DNA of 64,000 nucleotides from Rickettsiales bacterium (GTDB lineage Bacteria; Pseudomonadota; Alphaproteobacteria; Rickettsiales; JABSSG01): NCBI GenBank assembly GCA_018062985.1, contig JAGORE010000001.1, positions 12,661 to 76,660 of the forward strand, read 5' to 3'. Shown piece by piece: positions 58,564 to 64,000 of this stretch (position 1 is its first letter; each line of letters starts with the position of its first letter). The notes under the pieces were generated by a model. It saw only the letters and a program-made list of their open reading frames with translations, ran no database searches and was not told where the DNA came from. The position numbers and the translations under genes were made by a program.

Positions 58564-60240
58564 TTAAAAGTTAAATAAGTAACTGATTTCTCCAAAGAAT
58601 TTTAGTTGTTTATCAGACCTATCTTTTGAAGATTCGTTAAATTTTGTATCTGTTACTAAAGGTTTTACTACTTCCAATGTTATTACAATGTTATCACGCA
58701 AGAAAAGGTCATTTCCTATGCCTATGCTTGATAAGGTTGATTTTGTTTTAAACAGAGTGTTGTTGGCGTAGCCTGTATCAAGAAACCCATATGTTCTGCG
58801 TCCTAAGAAAAAAGAATGAAGGAATGGTATATTTTGTGATAGCTCTAAAGAGGCCATTGCAGCGTTGTTTCCTTTTATTTCTCCGCTTCTAAAACCTCTC
58901 CCCCCTTTTTCTTGTCCTATTTGCATTTGCTCCATGAGAGGAGTTTTTTTGCTAGAGATTTGCCCTTGTGTATCTATCGATAGAGTAAGAGATTTTATAG
59001 GCACTTCTATTCCTGCAGATAATACTAATTTTGTAAAATCACGTTTCTTAAGATTTGGAATGGTTGTGGTAATAGCATGAAGGCTTTTCTGAATTTCAGA
59101 GCCAATATAATATTTAGATTGTTTGTTAATTTTGTGAGTAAATTTGCTACCAATACCTATTTTTGTGATATCAGAGTTTATATCTTGTGCTTGGCCAAAA
59201 TCTTTAAAGTTTTCTTTATATGTTTCTATAGAAAAATTTGTATCAAGACTCTTTGTTCTTGTTAAATATAATGGATGAGCTAGATTAAGCATTATTCCAG
59301 TGCCTCTTGTGCCATTATATGTAGAAGAGTAAGAAGTGTAAGGTGTAACCCCAATAGTTGTGCCAAGAGTATTTAATGGGTATATATAAGATGTGGCAAG
59401 GCTTAATAAATCTCCTTTGCCATCATAGGATGTGCTAAGAGTAGCTTTATCTCCAGTATTTAGTGGGTTATTATAGTCAATGATCAGATCTGTGTTTATG
59501 CTACTTCCGTTATATTCTAGATTCCGTTGATTGCTTTGTTGCATTTGCTGTTTATAACTTGTTTTATGTCTATTATTGATTGTAGCTATGCCATCGAATT
59601 CATGATATTCACCGATAATCACTAGATCTGCTGTTTTAGGAGGGTTTTGGTTAATTTCTTTTCTGTTCACTGGTTTAAAGTCTAAAATATATTGGTATTC
59701 GTTAAAACCAGGAAGTCTTTTTATCAGAGCAAAAGTTCTTTCCATTTCTGATGTATTTCTGAACGGATGTGGTGCTGTTTTGATTTTATTTATGTATTGT
59801 TTTAGTAAAGTATTAGTCGATAGCTTTTCATCGTTGATTATAATATGGCGGAAAGAGCCTTCAAAAATTTCTGCTGTTAATGTAGAATCCTTAAACTTTA
59901 TATCATGGACATGTGATAATATATAACCTTTGCGATTGTAGAGCTTGTTGATTTGGGATATTAGTTCTGCCTCAAGTTTGGAAGAAAATTCTCTGTCTAT
60001 GTATTTATTAAGCAGATCAATAACTTCCTCTTGCAATACTATGCTACCCCTAACATTAATCTTTTTTATATTTGTTGTGTGTTTTTCTAAGAAGGTATAG
60101 TTTTTATTTGCCTTAATTTCTGTGAGAGATTTTTGGACAATATATTTATTTAATGCATGTGATTCTGGAAACACAAAAAGAGTTGTGACGGTAAAGTACA
60201 CAACTCTTTTAGTAAAAGTATTTTTCAATGCGTTGAGCAT
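58564..60240 (-). CDS. ShlB/FhaC/HecB-family two-partner-secretion outer-membrane transporter (TpsB)
   Basis: POTRA-like INVRGSIVLQEEVIDLLNKYIDREFS...INKLYNRKGYILSHV...TAEIFEGSF, a long beta-barrel-like region and the terminal ...YLFNF. Confidence 0.7.
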   Translation of the reverse strand: MLNALKNTFTKRVVYFTVTTLFVFPESHALNKYIVQKSLTEIKANKNYTFLEKHTTNIKKINVRGSIVLQEEVIDLLNKYIDREFSSKLEAELISQINKLYNRKGYILSHVHDIKFKDSTLTAEIFEGSFRHIIINDEKLSTNTLLKQYINKIKTAPHPFRNTSEMERTFALIKRLPGFNEYQYILDFKPVNRKEINQNPPKTADLVIIGEYHEFDGIATINNRHKTSYKQQMQQSNQRNLEYNGSSINTDLIIDYNNPLNTGDKATLSTSYDGKGDLLSLATSYIYPLNTLGTTIGVTPYTSYSSTYNGTRGTGIMLNLAHPLYLTRTKSLDTNFSIETYKENFKDFGQAQDINSDITKIGIGSKFTHKINKQSKYYIGSEIQKSLHAITTTIPNLKKRDFTKLVLSAGIEVPIKSLTLSIDTQGQISSKKTPLMEQMQIGQEKGGRGFRSGEIKGNNAAMASLELSQNIPFLHSFFLGRRTYGFLDTGYANNTLFKTKSTLSSIGIGNDLFLRDNIVITLEVVKPLVTDTKFNESSKDRSDKQLKFFGEISYLFNF

Positions 60241-60668
60241 TATTTATTTCTTTGTTCTGTTATAAATTGAGTTTTAAGTGTATCAATTTTATTCTCATCT
60301 TGATCTCTAGAATCGCTTGTATAGTTCGCAGTTGTATCTATTTTCTTTATACGAGCTTTTACGTGTGTTGCTCGGGCTTCTATTAATTTAGTCATATGTT
60401 CAGAGCTTGCTTTGTTTAGACCATCTCTTGATACATCTCTTTTTGATTTAATGCCTTTCTGCGCTGCACGGATTGAAGCTTTTTCTTGTTGCTTCATAGC
60501 CGTATTTGCATTAGCAAGTCTTAAGTGATCGTTAGCAATTGGTGTTAGTGCTTGTGTATGTGAGTGCCTAGGTGTTGGTGCAGTCTTTGGGGTAAAAGCA
60601 AAAGCACATGTGCTGCTCAATGATAGAGTCACAAGAGTAGTTAATGTGATGATTTTATTTTGTTTCAT
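60240..60668 (-). CDS. hypothetical secreted protein (142 aa, basic/helical)
   Basis: Signal peptide MKQNKIITLTTLVTLSLSSTCAFA. Its stop overlaps the TpsB start by 1 nt. Confidence 0.4.
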   Translation of the reverse strand: MKQNKIITLTTLVTLSLSSTCAFAFTPKTAPTPRHSHTQALTPIANDHLRLANANTAMKQQEKASIRAAQKGIKSKRDVSRDGLNKASSEHMTKLIEARATHVKARIKKIDTTANYTSDSRDQDENKIDTLKTQFITEQRNK

Positions 60669-60792
60669 AAATTCCTCGAAATACTTAGATATAGATTAAT
60701 TAATATTAAATAATAATTTATTTATATTGACAGGTATAAATTATTTATATAGATAGTCAAGTGTTTTTAATGAACATTAGAGAAGAGGAGCA

Positions 60793-62415
60793 ATGGCACA
60801 AAATAAATATGAAATTTTAGATATGATAAACGATGGTGATATAAAACTAGCGTTATCTAGTATCCAAGCAAATGATATCAAATTTACCGAAGATGAGTTA
60901 GCGAGTCATATAGATAACATGATTAGCGATAATGAAGAAGGAGAGATAGAGGTTGATGATCGCGTTGCTCTTTTAAAGCATTTAAATGAAAAAGGGTTTG
61001 TCGGGGCAAAGAAAGATAATATTGAAAGGCATTTGAGAATTATAGATTTATATAGCTCTATAGAAAAAGACCAAGAAAGTTTGATTGTAAACATTAAGTC
61101 TCAAGATAGTTTTGTAGAGACAACAAAAATGTTCCAGAACACGAAAACCAAGGTGTTTAGTTTAGCTGATTTTGATGGTAAAAGTGTGTTATCAAAACCT
61201 CAGTCGTTATTTAACTCATTTTTTCAATCTAACCTAGATGTAGATATTTCTGGTCTGTTAAAAGTATTTAATTTTGACACAGACAATATGAATCTTGTGG
61301 TTACAGAATTTTTGTCTGGTGATAATGATATTCAGAAAATAGAAGGGGCTGATTGTGCTAATAAACAGATTTGCTCAAGAAGAAAAGAGAAAGTTCTCAA
61401 ATCTATTGTGAGCGTTTATGGAGATAAGGTTGGTGCTTTAGAAGGCGACTATGCAGATTATCTTTTAGTTGAGCTAATGCAGACATTGTTCTTAAATGAC
61501 GATCTTTCTTCTAGTGATATTGATTTATCAAGAAAATTATTCAGACCTGATTTCTTTAAAGATATTAATAAAAACCATAGAGCTCTAGCGAAATTGATAG
61601 CAAAGAACATGCAGATCAAGTATGAAATTAGAGCTTTGTGGCACAGAGATGCAAAAGAAGCATCTGCAGATTTGCTGGAGAAAATAAAAGCAATACATGA
61701 TGCAATGGATGCTGTAGAAGATACAATTCATAAGTCTGATTCTAGCTTTAAAAAATCAGATGCTTCGCAATTAAGTGCATCTACATCTTTTGGGCCTAAG
61801 GTATCCGGGATTGCAACTAGAGCTTCTGATGTTGCAGAGGCTGTTGAGAGCGGTAATGTGCTGACTTTAATAAATTTGGTAAGCGAGCCTAATACAAAAG
61901 TAATAGCTAATGTAATTAAAGCGCTTGAAAATTGTGACTCTTTTGATTGTTATAAAGAAGCTTTAGTAAAATTTAAATTTTCAATTTTTGGCATTAAAGA
62001 AGACTGTGATTCTCAATGCCATAAGGATAAAAAATCCAATGAGTTAACGCAAGATGGGCATCATAGAAATAACAAAGATTTTGTTTATGATGGCTTTGTT
62101 AATATGTATAGTTTTTTAAGTAAACAATCAAGCGGTAATCTCAGTCCGCAGTGCTCTGTTTTTAAAAGTTCTTCAGGAGACATGCAATTTCTTATGTCTG
62201 AGCAAACAGGAACCGCATATAAGATTGCAAAAGTTCAAAATTCATGCGAAGGAAGAGAGGATGTGGAGGTGATTACGTTTTCTAAAAGTGAACTTTTGAG
62301 TGTTAATCCAGATGACTTAAATGAAGGTAATATGCACTCAGCTTTTCGTTCTGCAGTAGATGGATGGGCAATGAGCTTGTCCGGTCAAGATTTTGTAGAG
62401 TTTAACGTTCTATAA
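60793..62415 (+). CDS. hypothetical protein (540 aa), effector candidate
   Basis: Long ORF with GAGGAG SD upstream. No signal peptide or recognisable domain. Confidence 0.5.
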   Translation: MAQNKYEILDMINDGDIKLALSSIQANDIKFTEDELASHIDNMISDNEEGEIEVDDRVALLKHLNEKGFVGAKKDNIERHLRIIDLYSSIEKDQESLIVNIKSQDSFVETTKMFQNTKTKVFSLADFDGKSVLSKPQSLFNSFFQSNLDVDISGLLKVFNFDTDNMNLVVTEFLSGDNDIQKIEGADCANKQICSRRKEKVLKSIVSVYGDKVGALEGDYADYLLVELMQTLFLNDDLSSSDIDLSRKLFRPDFFKDINKNHRALAKLIAKNMQIKYEIRALWHRDAKEASADLLEKIKAIHDAMDAVEDTIHKSDSSFKKSDASQLSASTSFGPKVSGIATRASDVAEAVESGNVLTLINLVSEPNTKVIANVIKALENCDSFDCYKEALVKFKFSIFGIKEDCDSQCHKDKKSNELTQDGHHRNNKDFVYDGFVNMYSFLSKQSSGNLSPQCSVFKSSSGDMQFLMSEQTGTAYKIAKVQNSCEGREDVEVITFSKSELLSVNPDDLNEGNMHSAFRSAVDGWAMSLSGQDFVEFNVL

Positions 62416-62436
62416 CCATATTTTAATGAGAGAAAA

Positions 62437-64000
62437 ATGACTTTTTTATTATACAATATTGCTATTAATCAAAATTTAGTTTCCCTAGATAAAAGGCATA
62501 AAATTAATAGTGCTACAAAATTTGCAGATAGGGAGCTAGTTTTAAAGAGCAATGAAGAATACAAGATAAGTTTTTGTAAGTTTATTTTTAGCGTTCAAAA
62601 TCATCAAGTACTTTTAAATAAAGAGCTTCTAGAATCTGCTTTGGTTTTTATGCAAGGCAGTGAACAAAGCGTAGCTTCTGAGCTTGGGATATCAATGGCT
62701 GATATTGATAACGTAAAAAAAGGTCAAGATATTTTGATTTATTTTAATTGGAGTTTTGGATCATTATTAAAAGTTGTCGGTGAAATTAAAAATTATGATA
62801 AGGTTTTTGCTGCAGCTTGTAAAACTGAATATGCACTTGAAAGTGTTCTAGCAAATGAAGTGTTCTTGTCCAAAATAAGTAAAAAAGGTTTAACCGATGG
62901 ACTTCTTCAGGCAGTAGAGGCTAATATATTGGGTTTAATTTTACCTAGATTAGATTCTTTTGAAAAAATTGATGCTGAGTCATTGTTTTCTCCATCATCT
63001 TTGATGGATTTAACTAGACACCCAGAAGCTGTTGAAAAAATAAAAAACATTTTAGGGTTTAGTCGGTTTTTACATGATTATCTTTCTTCGTGCGCAGTAG
63101 AAGATAAAAAAGACTTTTACCAAACAGCACCAGTTGGGTTTGCTGCAGCAGCGTTGTTATCAGAGTCATTTATTAGTTTTGTTCAAGCTCTGCCTTACAT
63201 CAAAAATCAAGATCTTAAACAAAGTTACCACAATAGTTTCTCAGATTTTCAAGTGGTGGTAAATTTGGAGTTATTAAAAGGTGTAGAAGATAAAATATTA
63301 TTTGGGTCTTTCTCGGATCAAGAGAAAATTGATCGTTTAGTTGAATATAAGCCTAAAGCATTTCTTTATCAACTAGATAATCAAGTTTATTTTGGAGATT
63401 TAGTACAAGGTTTTTGTAATCAAAATACTTTTTTAATGGTTTCTAGGTTGCCAAGCAATAGTGTCTTAGGTTTGTTAGAAAAAGGTGTTATATCAAAAGT
63501 GATTCCAAAGCCTGTAGTGTTTGTAAAGGTCCTAGAAAGAATCGCAGAAACAGATGATAGTAAAAAAGCAAGACAATGGTTTGTAGATATCTTTCGGGCT
63601 AATCTTGAATCTGTAAGAGCTGTTTCAGACAACAAAGTTATTAGTAATTACAACGCTGCTCTTAAGAAGTTAGTAAAACTGTGTGGTTCTGTGCTTTCCG
63701 ATGAAGACGTGAGTTTGTTAACAGAGGGAGTGATCAAGATATATACGGCAACAGAGAATTTTATACAAGAGGCGCGAAAAGGATTGTTGAACTCTAATCA
63801 TCAAATGAAGCCAGGGTCTGCTTATTCCCAATATGCTTCTCACGTAAATACAAAAAGTCAACCTGTTGAGGCGAACAAAAAACAAAAAAGCTTTGGTTTG
63901 TCTGGCACTGCAACTGGTGCGGTTGTAGGAGGAGTTGGTTGGGGGTGGAATGTTTATAGCATCAGAGCATATTTTGCTGGAGCAGCAGGAAATGCTCATA
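62437..64000 (+). CDS. hypothetical protein, 3' end beyond the window (more than 520 aa)
   Basis: Not in the ORF track because there is no stop. I translated the frame from ATG 62437 (MTFLLYNIAINQNLVSLDKRHK...) and found no stop codon to nt 64000. The window end is Gly-rich (GTATGAVVGGVGWGWNVYSIRAYFAGAAGNAH). Confidence 0.5.
   Translation, partial: MTFLLYNIAINQNLVSLDKRHKINSATKFADRELVLKSNEEYKISFCKFIFSVQNHQVLLNKELLESALVFMQGSEQSVASELGISMADIDNVKKGQDILIYFNWSFGSLLKVVGEIKNYDKVFAAACKTEYALESVLANEVFLSKISKKGLTDGLLQAVEANILGLILPRLDSFEKIDAESLFSPSSLMDLTRHPEAVEKIKNILGFSRFLHDYLSSCAVEDKKDFYQTAPVGFAAAALLSESFISFVQALPYIKNQDLKQSYHNSFSDFQVVVNLELLKGVEDKILFGSFSDQEKIDRLVEYKPKAFLYQLDNQVYFGDLVQGFCNQNTFLMVSRLPSNSVLGLLEKGVISKVIPKPVVFVKVLERIAETDDSKKARQWFVDIFRANLESVRAVSDNKVISNYNAALKKLVKLCGSVLSDEDVSLLTEGVIKIYTATENFIQEARKGLLNSNHQMKPGSAYSQYASHVNTKSQPVEANKKQKSFGLSGTATGAVVGGVGWGWNVYSIRAYFAGAAGNAH

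Noticed and set aside
60240-60668. The 142-aa secreted protein as the TpsA cargo of the adjacent TpsB
   Set aside because: It is too short for a TPS domain (about 250 aa) and lacks NPNL/NPNGI-type motifs. It is kept only as a hypothetical neighbour.

Overview
AT-rich (about one-third GC by eye) chromosomal segment that looks alphaproteobacterial and resembles a Rickettsiales/Holosporales-type intracellular symbiont. Support for this: lptD-surA-ksgA, tolQ-tolR-tolA-like, petA-petB-petC, ssb/uvrA divergent pair, greA, dnaG-rpoD, and a 23S-5S pair with no linked 16S. About two thirds of the window is ordinary housekeeping: znuA, rsmA, surA-like, lptD, folE, asd, rsmD, a pseudouridine synthase, ssb, uvrA, cytochrome bc1, greA, dnaG, rpoD, a DEAD-box helicase, rarA, four tRNAs and 23S+5S rRNA. 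The main discovery candidate lies between uvrA and the tat/pet genes (17.9-23.3 kb). It is a polymorphic-toxin locus with a 638-aa protein whose N-terminal region I cannot place in any family. That protein carries a C-terminal toxin module followed by a putative immunity gene, and then four tandem orphan toxin-tip/immunity cassettes. One cassette is a 3' toxin stub. One is a frameshifted colicin-E3-like rRNase. Two are intact and near-identical except for a hypervariable block spanning the toxin tail and the immunity N-terminus. The cassettes are separated by a conserved about 70-bp junction repeat. They share a protein-level homology handle and an exact 28-nt match with the main gene, which is the architecture expected for toxin-tip switching by recombination. 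No Rhs, CdiA/TPS, LXG, PAAR or MafB-type delivery domain is recognisable. Other accessory content includes several effector-like or eukaryote-like genes: a coiled-coil protein with a canonical IQ motif, a 1247-aa pentapeptide-repeat protein, GT32-like and GT10 (fucosyltransferase-like) glycosyltransferases, an RTX-like protein, an orphan TpsB transporter and two large unknown proteins. There is also a class D beta-lactamase-like gene. Decay and rearrangement signatures are present: a twice-frameshifted ABC exporter, a truncated hydrolase, an in-frame stop in a methyltransferase, and a NUDIX gene flanked by a 245-bp duplication. No transposase, integrase or CRISPR array was seen.
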